From: Spirochaetia bacterium
GTDB lineage: Bacteria > Spirochaetota > Spirochaetia > WTKD01 > G963693115
Length of the DNA stretch: 64,000 nt
Direction: 5' to 3'
Assembly (NCBI GenBank): GCA_965226055.1
Contig: CBDDCA010000004.1
Location: forward strand, 152,695-216,694
Shown here one piece after another: positions 28,799-37,627 of the stretch (positions are counted from its first letter, which is position 1; each line of letters opens with the position of its first letter). A program made the translations under genes and the position numbers. Under the pieces are notes generated by a model. The model was not told the origin of the DNA. It was given only the letters and a program-made list of their open reading frames with translations, and searched no databases.

Positions 28799-30570
28799 GG
28801 TTCATATGCATATAGTTCTTTGCCCGATATAATAATTTCTTTACCATCAGGAATATCAGTAAATACTAATTTATTAGTTTGTACTAATATAGCAGTATTA
28901 GGAGCATACTTTTGTAATGTCTCTATGGGAATTTCTACTGGCATTTCTATCACTATTCCTGCAATTTCTGATAGTACCGTAATTATTTGAAAATTCAACT
29001 TTTTAATGAAGTAGATATATTTTTCATTTTTATTGCTATTTTCATCTTTGTGCTGAATGAGCTGCTGAGGGGTTTGTACATGTACTATTTTTCCATGTAT
29101 GGCTGGTCCTATACCAAATCTAGCACGAAGTATTATTTTTCCTTCAAAATGTATTTGTACTGTATTAAGCTGAAATGGTTTATTCATAGGAAAGCCACCA
29201 ATAATAACGATTTTTTCATTTTTCTTGATGAGCTTTTGTGTGCGTATTTGATCGATAACATCTTCTGGGGTATTGTTTGCGGCATGTTCACTAATTAAAA
29301 TTGGCTTTACTCCCCATAACAGATTGAGCTTTTTATAAATACGATGACTTGTAGTGGGAGCAATAATGGGCTGTTTCGGTCGTGTACATGCCATAATTCT
29401 AGGGGTATTTCCTGAAGACGTTGGGCATGCAAACATAGTAGCGTTTGATTTATCTGCCACCACCTGTGCAGCAGATACAAAGGTTTCGCTTGCAGAATCT
29501 CCAGTGCTTGCTTGTGTTTCTGTAAATTTTTGGCGAATGTGAGTACTGAATAAACTGGATTTTTCTACTGCTAAGGCTACATTGTTCATTACTGTAATGG
29601 CTTCTACAGGATACTTTCCTTTTGCTGTTTCTCCCGAAAGCATAATGGCATCAGTTCCATCAAAAATAGCATTTGCTACATCAGTAAGCTCTGCTCGTGT
29701 AGGAGCATTGGAGTTTTCCATAGACTGTAGCATCTGCGTAGCAGTGATAACAATTTTTCTGAGTGCGTTGCATTGCGATATAATATCTTTTTGTATCAGA
29801 GGAATGGTCTCTGCAGGCACTTGTTCTGCAAGATCCCCTCGTGCTATCATAATACCGTCAGCTACTTGGATAATGCTTTTTAAGTTATCAAGGCCTTCTT
29901 GGTTTTCTATTTTTGCAATGATGTGTATATCACTGCCATATTCTAGCAGTATTTCTCGTATTTCTTGAATATCTTCGGAGCTTCTAATAAAAGATGCTGC
30001 AATATAATCAAAGTCATGCTGTACCGCAAACTTTATGTCTTCAATATCTTTTGCTGAAATGCTTGGTAGTTGAAGATGCGCTTCGGGAATATTGACATTT
30101 TTTTTGCTACTGAGCAAGCCTCCATCAATAATGTCTGCTATAATAATTTCTTCTTGTATATCTTTTATTCTAAGATGTATAGAGCCATCTGCAATTTTTA
30201 TATTCATCCCTTGTTTTACTTCATTGTGTATACGAGCATACGAAAGAGCAATACATTTTGCGGTGCTTATAGTTTGTTTTCCTGACAGCATTATTGTCTT
30301 TCCTGTTTTGAGCTCTATAGGTTCGCCTTCTACAATACCAGTACGTACTTCGGGACCTTTTGTGTCAAGTAGATATACTGAATCGATACCAGTTTTCTTT
30401 TCGGCTTCTTGCAGTAATGTAAGTCGTTCCAAGTGTTCTTTGTGATCACCGTGACTGAAATTGAAACGTGCACAATTCATTCCTGCTTTTAGCATGTTCA
30501 TGATAGTATTGGTATTATGACATCCAGGACCTAATGTTGCAATAATTTTTGTTCTTTTATAAGATTCCAT
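28795..30570 (-). CDS. pyk: pyruvate kinase with C-terminal extension (start ATG 30570 preferred over 30657)
   Basis: RTKIIATLGP, RFNFSHG, LDTKGPEVR, IAKIEN, IMIARGDL, ATQML, PTRAE, MLSGETA. Confidence 0.96.
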   Translation of the reverse strand: MESYKRTKIIATLGPGCHNTNTIMNMLKAGMNCARFNFSHGDHKEHLERLTLLQEAEKKTGIDSVYLLDTKGPEVRTGIVEGEPIELKTGKTIMLSGKQTISTAKCIALSYARIHNEVKQGMNIKIADGSIHLRIKDIQEEIIIADIIDGGLLSSKKNVNIPEAHLQLPSISAKDIEDIKFAVQHDFDYIAASFIRSSEDIQEIREILLEYGSDIHIIAKIENQEGLDNLKSIIQVADGIMIARGDLAEQVPAETIPLIQKDIISQCNALRKIVITATQMLQSMENSNAPTRAELTDVANAIFDGTDAIMLSGETAKGKYPVEAITVMNNVALAVEKSSLFSTHIRQKFTETQASTGDSASETFVSAAQVVADKSNATMFACPTSSGNTPRIMACTRPKQPIIAPTTSHRIYKKLNLLWGVKPILISEHAANNTPEDVIDQIRTQKLIKKNEKIVIIGGFPMNKPFQLNTVQIHFEGKIILRARFGIGPAIHGKIVHVQTPQQLIQHKDENSNKNEKYIYFIKKLNFQIITVLSEIAGIVIEMPVEIPIETLQKYAPNTAILVQTNKLVFTDIPDGKEIIISGKELYAYEP

Positions 30571-30692
30571 ATGTTTATTATAGAGCATTTTTGAATTATA
30601 GAAAAATAAAGGACTGGTATAGCAGAACCTGTGATTAATTTGAAATTTTATTTTCATAATTCCAAAAATAAAATAAATGGTATAATAAGGCT

Positions 30693-30968
30693 ATGTCATA
30701 TCAAGAAGAATTGAAAAATGTAATAGAAGAATATCACAGTGCAAAGGAAGTATTTGAACGATTGCACAACAAAAAAGATGAAGGCATATACAATCAAGAC
30801 GAATACGAAAAAGCAAGAGCAAAGGCATATGACATAGCACAAAAAGCATATGACATAGGAAAAAAAGCATATGATGAAGGATATTATATGCATAAACAAG
30901 AATTTCAAAAAGTATTATCAGCATTAAAATCAGAACTAGATTATTATAATAATAGAAATAAGAAATAA
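30693..30968 (+). CDS. small helical hypothetical protein with KAYDI/KAYDE heptad repeats
   Basis: 91 aa; three 21-bp repeat units at 30822-30880; TGGTATAAT 6 nt before the ATG. Confidence 0.7.
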   Translation: MSYQEELKNVIEEYHSAKEVFERLHNKKDEGIYNQDEYEKARAKAYDIAQKAYDIGKKAYDEGYYMHKQEFQKVLSALKSELDYYNNRNKK

Positions 30969-31014
30969 GGTTTATAATAATGCTAAAATATAAGCAATTA
31001 TTTTAGGAGGTTTA

Positions 31015-32103
31015 ATGAGTGAAATTAAAACACAAATTATTAGAGTAAATAGTAAAAAATTATCTTTGGATGCAAAAAATCCACGTTTCCCTATTTCTTT
31101 TGAAAATAAATCTCAAGATGAGATATGGGAATGTATGAGTAGAGCTTTTAGGCTTGAAGAATTAGCTCTTTCAATGGTTGAGAATGGATATTTTGAAATT
31201 GAGCCTATGGCAGTCATTCCAAAAAAAGCAATTTCCAATCAGAAAGAATATGATACATATAAAGTATCTGATAATGAGTTTATTGTTGTTGATGGTAATA
31301 GAAGATTATCTGCTATAAGAGGGCTTATTAATAATAAATTTCCTGATATAAAGATAACAAAGGATTTACAAAAACAATTTGAAGATGGTATTCCTGTACT
31401 ATTTTATGTTAAGAGAGATGATATTTTGTCATTCTTAGGAGTGCATCATCTTGCTGGAGTAAGAAGTTGGGATATATATGATCGTGCAAGGTATATAGTG
31501 CATTTAAAAAGAGAAAAAGGTAGATCGTTGTCACAAATTCAAGATATGATAGGAAATGATATGAATTTACCAACAAAATTGTATGTATCTTATCGACTGA
31601 TTGAAATATTGAAAGAACATGATGATAATTTTGATGATAAGAGTGCCAAAGACAATTTCTCTTTTTTGACATTAGCACTAAGTAAGCCAGAAATAAGAGC
31701 ATATATCGGTTTACAAGCATGGCAAAAATTATCTGATAGTGAAGTCGAAAATCCCATTGCCTCTGAAAATCGAGAAAGATTAAGTAATGTATTCAGATGC
31801 ATATTTGACTATAATAGCGATACAAAACGTATAATAAGGGAATCTCGTGATATTGATACATTATCTATAATTTTTTCTTCTGAGGAAGGGATAAATCATC
31901 TACTAACTCATAAAGATATTGATGAGGCATATGAAATAAGTATAGATGAAACTCCACCTCATGTATTGATTAATAAATATTGGCTAGGAAAGGAAGCTAC
32001 AGATAATGTTTCATCCATAAAAATGATGGATTTTCTTATTTATAAAATATGTTCTGGATTAGAGGCAAGGCAGGGTGAGCAATACAGAGAAAACTATATG
32101 TAA
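31015..32103 (+). CDS. ParB/Srx-like N-terminal domain protein
   Basis: LSLDAKNPRF, LALSMVENGYF..EP, VVDGNRRL.A, H..G...W; SD AGGAGG. Confidence 0.85.
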   Translation: MSEIKTQIIRVNSKKLSLDAKNPRFPISFENKSQDEIWECMSRAFRLEELALSMVENGYFEIEPMAVIPKKAISNQKEYDTYKVSDNEFIVVDGNRRLSAIRGLINNKFPDIKITKDLQKQFEDGIPVLFYVKRDDILSFLGVHHLAGVRSWDIYDRARYIVHLKREKGRSLSQIQDMIGNDMNLPTKLYVSYRLIEILKEHDDNFDDKSAKDNFSFLTLALSKPEIRAYIGLQAWQKLSDSEVENPIASENRERLSNVFRCIFDYNSDTKRIIRESRDIDTLSIIFSSEEGINHLLTHKDIDEAYEISIDETPPHVLINKYWLGKEATDNVSSIKMMDFLIYKICSGLEARQGEQYRENYM

Positions 32104-32106
32104 TGG

Positions 32107-32994
32107 ATGAACATGAAAAACAATGCAAAAGCAAAACTGAAAGAGAAAGAACAATATGCAAAAGCAAAACTAGAAAAAGAATTATTACAGAAAAAGAGAA
32201 TATCTAAGGAAGATATAAAGGAAGATATAGTAGCTCTTTTGGGAGAAGAAGATGATAGTATTGATAGTAAGGCTGATGATAAGATTAATAAATATAAGAA
32301 ATTATTTGATATTTACGGAGAAACTGTTTTTACATGGGATGATGAAGCAAAGGTTATATCTCTCCATAAAGATTTTAAAGCAATAGAAGAATATCTATAT
32401 TGCTTAGCATGTCATTTATTAACAGAAAAAGAGAAGTCAACTATAAAGGATAAATTCTGTTTCGAAAAAATTGTTGGAGAGGCATTAAAAGTATTATTCG
32501 GAAAAGATTCGCATTATGAGATTACTGACGCTCATTATAGAAACTTAATTAAAAATACTGATTCTGATAATAAAAACTTAATTAAAGATATAGCAGAAAA
32601 AATGAATGAAGAATTTGTACAAAAAATCGAAACAGGAAAAGATGCTGCTTGTGATATTGTATTTTGGAAGTGTATTGAAAAATCTTTAGGGAGTAATATA
32701 GTAGTATTGGCTCAATGTAAGACAGGAAATAATTGGAAAGACGGTAAAAGTGTATATGTTGATTTTTGGAGAACTTTGATAATTTTTTCTATACCTCCAA
32801 TAAAAGCATTTGCTATTACTGATTTAGTAGTAGATAGAAAAGATATAAGAAGATGTACAAAACAAAGAGGTTTATTTTTAGATAGGGCAAGTATTATAAA
32901 GATTCTCTCAAATCAGGATAATGAGGGATTACAGAAGATTCGGGCAGATATATCTCAATTAGAGTTGGGACAAAGATTGGAAGAAGAAATGTAA
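32107..32994 (+). CDS. PD-(D/E)xK (QxK variant) nuclease-like protein; may be the C-terminal half of the upstream gene
   Basis: FEKIV, KDAACDIVFWK, VVLAQCKTGNNW, LFLDR; same frame as the upstream ORF across TAA-TGG. Confidence 0.65.
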   Translation: MNMKNNAKAKLKEKEQYAKAKLEKELLQKKRISKEDIKEDIVALLGEEDDSIDSKADDKINKYKKLFDIYGETVFTWDDEAKVISLHKDFKAIEEYLYCLACHLLTEKEKSTIKDKFCFEKIVGEALKVLFGKDSHYEITDAHYRNLIKNTDSDNKNLIKDIAEKMNEEFVQKIETGKDAACDIVFWKCIEKSLGSNIVVLAQCKTGNNWKDGKSVYVDFWRTLIIFSIPPIKAFAITDLVVDRKDIRRCTKQRGLFLDRASIIKILSNQDNEGLQKIRADISQLELGQRLEEEM

Positions 32995-32997
32995 ATA

Positions 32998-33276
32998 CTA
33001 TGACTCAATAGCTTCGTCTAAGCGAGAAATGAGTTTAGATGCAGAATAGGCAGTATCATTGCTCAGTTCTACATTGAATTTTTTCTCATCAAGCAATTCA
33101 TGGGAGAGGAGCAGAGATACCATAATAGATAATTTAAGAGGATCAGAACAATCAATTTCACTTTGTATGCTCTGCATTCTTGCTTCAATTATTTCACATA
33201 ATTGCTGTATGTAAGCACTGCTTTCATCGCTATGTAAGATAAAGGAAGTTCCAAATAAATTAATTCTTGTTTTCAT
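32998..33276 (-). CDS. zapA: cell division protein ZapA
   Basis: INLFGTSF.L, YIQQL, DPLKLSIMVSL; spirochete order rpmI-rplT-zapB-zapA. Confidence 0.85.
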   Translation of the reverse strand: MKTRINLFGTSFILHSDESSAYIQQLCEIIEARMQSIQSEIDCSDPLKLSIMVSLLLSHELLDEKKFNVELSNDTAYSASKLISRLDEAIES

Positions 33277-33295
33277 TCTTATTCCAGTGAAATTG

Positions 33296-33985
33296 CTAGA
33301 GAATTTCTAATTTAGTATGTTCGTCCTCTTTTCTATCTGATAGGGGGTCAAAGTCGCTTGAAAAATCAATTTCATCAATGTTTATATCATTATCATTTTG
33401 AAACACATTATCGTCATCATGGAAAGAATCGCCAATATCTAAGGAGGTATCGCCCATAGATGAATGAAGTGAATCATTCATAGTATCATCTGATACGAAA
33501 ATTGTGTCACCTTCATCGTGTGATGAGCCTGAAGAAATAGCACTGTTTGTAGAAGTATCTATACCCGTATTGCTACGAGATGTTGGCACTGTGTTATCGG
33601 TAGAGGCATGACTTTCTTTCGCTTTTGCACTGGAGCTACTGTTGCTGTTGTCTATGGTAGCAGAGGGTTGTGTTTGTGTGCTTGAAAAATCTACACCATT
33701 TTGAAGCTCTTCGATAGTTTCAAAATTGCTTATGGCATTTACAACACTTTTTTCGAGATTAGATTGCTCTTTTTGGGCAGAATCTACCAGCTTTTCCAAT
33801 TCCAATACACGTTCTTCGTATTCGTCAAGTTGCCCTTGAATCGTTTCTTCATACTCTTGAAACTTTTTCTGCATTTGTTCTTTCTCTAAGGATATTTGTG
33901 TTATTCTTTGTTTTAGTTGTTGAATAAGATCAATAGCAGCTTCCACTTTTGTTTCTAGCTTAAAGATAATTTGCTTAGGACTCAT
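33296..33985 (-). CDS. zapB: ZapB-like coiled-coil protein with disordered acidic C-terminus
   Basis: LETKVEAAIDLIQQLK coiled coil; upstream of zapA. Confidence 0.7.
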   Translation of the reverse strand: MSPKQIIFKLETKVEAAIDLIQQLKQRITQISLEKEQMQKKFQEYEETIQGQLDEYEERVLELEKLVDSAQKEQSNLEKSVVNAISNFETIEELQNGVDFSSTQTQPSATIDNSNSSSSAKAKESHASTDNTVPTSRSNTGIDTSTNSAISSGSSHDEGDTIFVSDDTMNDSLHSSMGDTSLDIGDSFHDDDNVFQNDNDINIDEIDFSSDFDPLSDRKEDEHTKLEIL

Positions 33986-34017
33986 AATTCCCCCTTAATT
34001 TTCCTATAAAAATATTG

Positions 34018-34362
34018 TTAGGCTATGAGTTCAATAATTTTGTTGAACTCACTACTATTTGTAACGGCAAGATTAGAGAGTACTTTACGATTTATTTGTA
34101 TATTTTTTTGGGCTAGCCTATGTATAAAGTCTGAATAACGAAGTCCTTTTGCACGAACGGCTGCTGAAATTCTTGCTATCCATAGCCGTCTGAACTCTCG
34201 TTTTTTGTTTTTTCTATCCCGATATGCGTATAATAACGCCTTAGATACAGCGTCTTTGGTACTACGATAGAGGTTTTTACGTCTTCCCCAATATCCTTTT
34301 GCTAATTTTTGTAATTTTTTACGATGAGTTTTTCGAATACTTCCGTTTGTTGCTCGTGGCAT
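34018..34362 (-). CDS. rplT: 50S ribosomal protein L20
   Basis: AKGYWGRR, YAYRDRKNKKREFRRLWIARI, INRKVLSNLA. Confidence 0.98.
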   Translation of the reverse strand: MPRATNGSIRKTHRKKLQKLAKGYWGRRKNLYRSTKDAVSKALLYAYRDRKNKKREFRRLWIARISAAVRAKGLRYSDFIHRLAQKNIQINRKVLSNLAVTNSSEFNKIIELIA

Positions 34363-34407
34363 GTACTTCCTCCGATACTAAATAAGTTTGGTTATATTGG
34401 TAGCTTT

Positions 34408-34602
34408 TTAATTATTAAGCATCAATGAAACTCGCTTTGTTTCACTTGATGATAAAATACTAGGCTTACGTAAATTTCTTTTTCTTTTTGTGCTTTTCTT
34501 TGTCAATATATGTCGTAATCCCTGTCTTTTGTACTTAATTTTACCAGACGCAGTCTTTGAGAATCGTTTAGCTACACTTTTAACTGTTTTTTGTTTTGGC
34601 AT
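34408..34602 (-). CDS. rpmI: 50S ribosomal protein L35
   Basis: [34 protein letters not shown]. Confidence 0.98.
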   Translation of the reverse strand: MPKQKTVKSVAKRFSKTASGKIKYKRQGLRHILTKKSTKRKRNLRKPSILSSSETKRVSLMLNN

Positions 34603-34640
34603 ATTACTCCTAATGTATATTAGTTTATATAACTTTTTAT

Positions 34641-34670
34641 AGTATACTAACTTTTGAAAAATTAAGTCAA
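34641..34670 (-). promoter_or_regulatory. sigma70-like promoter directly upstream of rpmI
   Basis: Minus strand TTGACT-N18-TATACT. Confidence 0.6.
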
Positions 34671-34773
34671 CTGTAGAATACAGATTTTTGTATTATTGTT
34701 ACATTGTAAAGAAATTTAGTATATCTATAGTGGATGTGATACAATAGTAGTAGTATAAATAGGAGGAAAACAT

Positions 34774-36864
34774 ATGGCAGAAAGTAAAAGTATAGGACAA
34801 TTACAAAAAGACGCGGAGCAATTTTTTAAGGATAAAAAATATTATAAATGTATAGAGGTTTGTACAGAGATTATTAGTAGGGATGATGCAACAGAAACAG
34901 ATAAAGCAAGTGCGTATTATAACAGCGGAAAAGCGAAAGCTAAACAAGGAAAGATGGATGAAGCGATAGCTGATTACGATAAAGCGATAGAGCTAGATCC
35001 AAAAGATGCATCAGTATACTACAACAGAGGAGTCGCGAATAGTAAACAAGGAAAGTATGAAGAAGCGATAGCTGATTACGATAAAGCGATAGAGCTAGAT
35101 CCAAAAGATGCATCAGTATACTACAACAGAGGATATGCAAAAGATGAATTAAAAAAGTATGAAGAAGTGATAGCTGATTACGATAAAGCGATAGAGCTAG
35201 ATCCAAACAAAGTAGAAGCATACATCAACAGAGGAAATACGAACTATCGACAAGGAAAGTATGAAGAAGCGATAGCTGATTACGATAAAGCGATAGAGCT
35301 AGATCCAAAAGATGCATCAGTATACTACAACAGAGGATATGCAAAAGATGAATTAAAAAAGTATGAAGAAGCGATAGCTGATTACGATAAAGCGATAGAG
35401 CTAGATCCAAACAAAGTAGAAGCATACATCAACAGAGGAAATACGAACTATCGACAAGGAAAGTATGAAGAAGCGATAGCTGATTACGATAAAGCGATAG
35501 AGCTAGATCCAAACAAAGTAGAAGCATACTACAACAGAGGAGTCGCGAATAGTGAACAAGGAAAGTATGATGAGGCGATAAAAGGTTACGATAAAGCGAT
35601 AGAGCTAGATCCAAACAAAGTAGAAGCATACTTCTACAGAGGAATTACGAAAGCTAAACAAGAAAAATATGAAGAAGCATTAGCCGATTATGATAAAGCG
35701 ATAGAGCTAAATCCTCAAGATCCAAAAGCATATTATTACAAAGGTTTATTATTATTAATTCATAAAAAATACGATTCATCAAAAATATTAGAAGGTATTT
35801 ATTGTTTGAATATTGCTTTACAAAATGGTATATCTGGTATAGATATGAATGATATTGCAGATAGTGATAGTAATGATAATAAAAACAATATTTTGTCTGT
35901 ATTTAAAAATGTATTGGAAATATTGGATAAATTAAAAGTAACAAAAAATGATAAAAATTATAAAGAGTATCTTTCACATACTACTCGTTTATCTGTATTA
36001 AAACAACTTTTGCCTATACCGTCACCATCCTCCCAAAGTGAAAAAGCATCTTCCAAAAATATAGTGTCAGCATTTCGATTGTACCATATTGTATATTCAA
36101 ATGATCCGACAGAAGGAGATATTCTCTTTAAGACATTAGGTATTGAAGATGAAAAAGAATCACTCCCTTATGTAATGATAGCGAGCTTTTCTAGTGGGGA
36201 TTCCTCAGAAAAATTAGATGTTTTGCCTCTATGGAGTACATATGGAGATAATACAAAGGGTGTATCTCTATTATTTAAGACAGAAGGTATAGCTTCTGAT
36301 GAAAGAAAACATATTGGTGTTTCTGGAGTAAAGAAGGTATTGGAAAAAGATATAAACATAACAAAAGATACGGATGATAGTTCTTATTTAAAGCCAATAC
36401 TCTATAGAGTTTATTATACTGATATAAGTAAAAATGAAGATGGAGTGACTAAAAATAATGAAGAAGAAATAGCTATTTATCTCAAAAATATAAAAGATAG
36501 TCTTAAAGAGATAAAACCAAAAGAGAAAAATGAGCAACAAGAAGAAATATACAAAAAAATCTTAGAATTGTTATTTGGATTGAGGTATCTTATTAAGGAT
36601 AAAAGCTATGAATATGAAAATGAATATCGCTTAGTATGTTTTCCTCCATTTGATAGTATACAATATGACGAAAAAGATACTGAAAACGATGCAATAAACC
36701 GTATGTATGTAGAAGAGGATATTATAACAAAATTAGATAGCTTAATAGTAGGAGCTAAAGTTCCTCCTGCCAAAGTGCTTGAAATAAAATATTTGCTAAA
36801 AAAGTGTGATAAGACTAAAAATAGAGAAATTAAAGTAATACCAAGCAGTATTCCCTACCGCTAA
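34774..36864 (+). CDS. TPR-repeat protein with C-terminal DUF2971-like domain
   Basis: About 9-10 TPRs; C-terminal HTT, SNDPTEG, ASFS, LPLWSTYG..KGVSL, LYRVYY, K..YEYENEYRL, IVGAK. Confidence 0.85.
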   Translation: MAESKSIGQLQKDAEQFFKDKKYYKCIEVCTEIISRDDATETDKASAYYNSGKAKAKQGKMDEAIADYDKAIELDPKDASVYYNRGVANSKQGKYEEAIADYDKAIELDPKDASVYYNRGYAKDELKKYEEVIADYDKAIELDPNKVEAYINRGNTNYRQGKYEEAIADYDKAIELDPKDASVYYNRGYAKDELKKYEEAIADYDKAIELDPNKVEAYINRGNTNYRQGKYEEAIADYDKAIELDPNKVEAYYNRGVANSEQGKYDEAIKGYDKAIELDPNKVEAYFYRGITKAKQEKYEEALADYDKAIELNPQDPKAYYYKGLLLLIHKKYDSSKILEGIYCLNIALQNGISGIDMNDIADSDSNDNKNNILSVFKNVLEILDKLKVTKNDKNYKEYLSHTTRLSVLKQLLPIPSPSSQSEKASSKNIVSAFRLYHIVYSNDPTEGDILFKTLGIEDEKESLPYVMIASFSSGDSSEKLDVLPLWSTYGDNTKGVSLLFKTEGIASDERKHIGVSGVKKVLEKDINITKDTDDSSYLKPILYRVYYTDISKNEDGVTKNNEEEIAIYLKNIKDSLKEIKPKEKNEQQEEIYKKILELLFGLRYLIKDKSYEYENEYRLVCFPPFDSIQYDEKDTENDAINRMYVEEDIITKLDSLIVGAKVPPAKVLEIKYLLKKCDKTKNREIKVIPSSIPYR
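34906..35721 (+). repeat. eight tandem 102-bp TPR-coding units with a near-invariant core and swappable variable blocks
   Basis: Core GAAGAAGCGATAGCTGATTACGATAAAGCGATAGAGCTAGATCCAAA recurs every 102 nt; units 3-4 and 5-6 form a near-identical 204-bp duplication. Confidence 0.95.
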
Positions 36865-36959
36865 ATAGTAGAGAGTATGTGGTAATATATGTATTCTAAT
36901 CAAGCTGGTATTTTTATAGTATATTTTCACTGATTAAAGAAAAAATATTACTAATTGAG

Positions 36960-37514
36960 TCAGTGGCAAATAAATCTAAGTAATGCTGAAAAGAGAGAAA
37001 GATTATTATAATAACACCTACAAATATTAGGAAAAAATAGAATAGAAAGAAATAATAGAATAGAAAGAAATAAAAGTACAGAAAAGAAAGATATAAAAAC
37101 ATAAGTAGTAGCATATTCTCTCTTTTTTACTATATGGTATTCTTCAGGAAGTCGTTTTCTTTCTATATCTTCTTCTGTAAAGCATTCAAAAGGGAAATAT
37201 TTTTCTATCCTTTTGATAACTTTGTATTTTGCTTTATTTAAATGTTTGTATGAGTATACATTACAAAGCCATATTATAGAAAAGCATAATCCAAGAATAC
37301 TCATAACAAAAATAAATACAGTAGTAAATGGAAGTTCTAATTTATCCTGTGTAGCAAGAATAGCAACAATCCCTCCAATAGAAGTAAGTATAAGAGAGCA
37401 AATAGAAAAATAAAAGTTATTACTTCGCAGTCTTCTATCGCTAGTATCTTCTGCTGTTTTTAAGTATATTTTGTATATTTCCAGTAAACGATCTTTACTT
37501 TTATAATCACCCAT
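36960..37514 (-). CDS. RipA-family-like small multi-TM membrane protein
   Basis: LLEIYKIY..TAE..SDRR..SNNFY, TM pair, W...V.SYK.LNKAKYKVI..IE..FP. Confidence 0.75.
   Translation of the reverse strand: MGDYKSKDRLLEIYKIYLKTAEDTSDRRLRSNNFYFSICSLILTSIGGIVAILATQDKLELPFTTVFIFVMSILGLCFSIIWLCNVYSYKHLNKAKYKVIKRIEKYFPFECFTEEDIERKRLPEEYHIVKKREYATTYVFISFFSVLLFLSILLFLSILFFPNICRCYYNNLSLFSALLRFICH
37036..37071. repeat. perfect 18-bp tandem duplication lengthening the last TM of the RipA-like protein
   Basis: AATAGAATAGAAAGAAAT x2 (FLSILL/FLSILF). Confidence 0.85.
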
Positions 37515-37627
37515 ACCATAATTATATATTGTTTAGTAGTTTCCGTTACATTTTTGTTACAATATGCTTTACATATTTTTTATTCTATGGTATTATCTTA
37601 TTATGGGAATAATAAAGGGGGACAGTA

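Noticed and set aside
30571-30657. 29-aa N-terminal extension of pyk in the ORF track
   Set aside because: Homology starts at MESYKRTKI and a TATAAT lies within the extension, so it is probably promoter DNA
34940-35629. Three similar antisense ORFs (MLLLCLDLALSLYRN...)
   Set aside because: They are shadows of the TPR repeat on the opposite strand
34906-35721. CRISPR-like pattern of a constant repeat with variable intervals
   Set aside because: The period is exactly 102 nt (34 codons) inside an open TPR reading frame, the variable parts recur, and there are no cas genes
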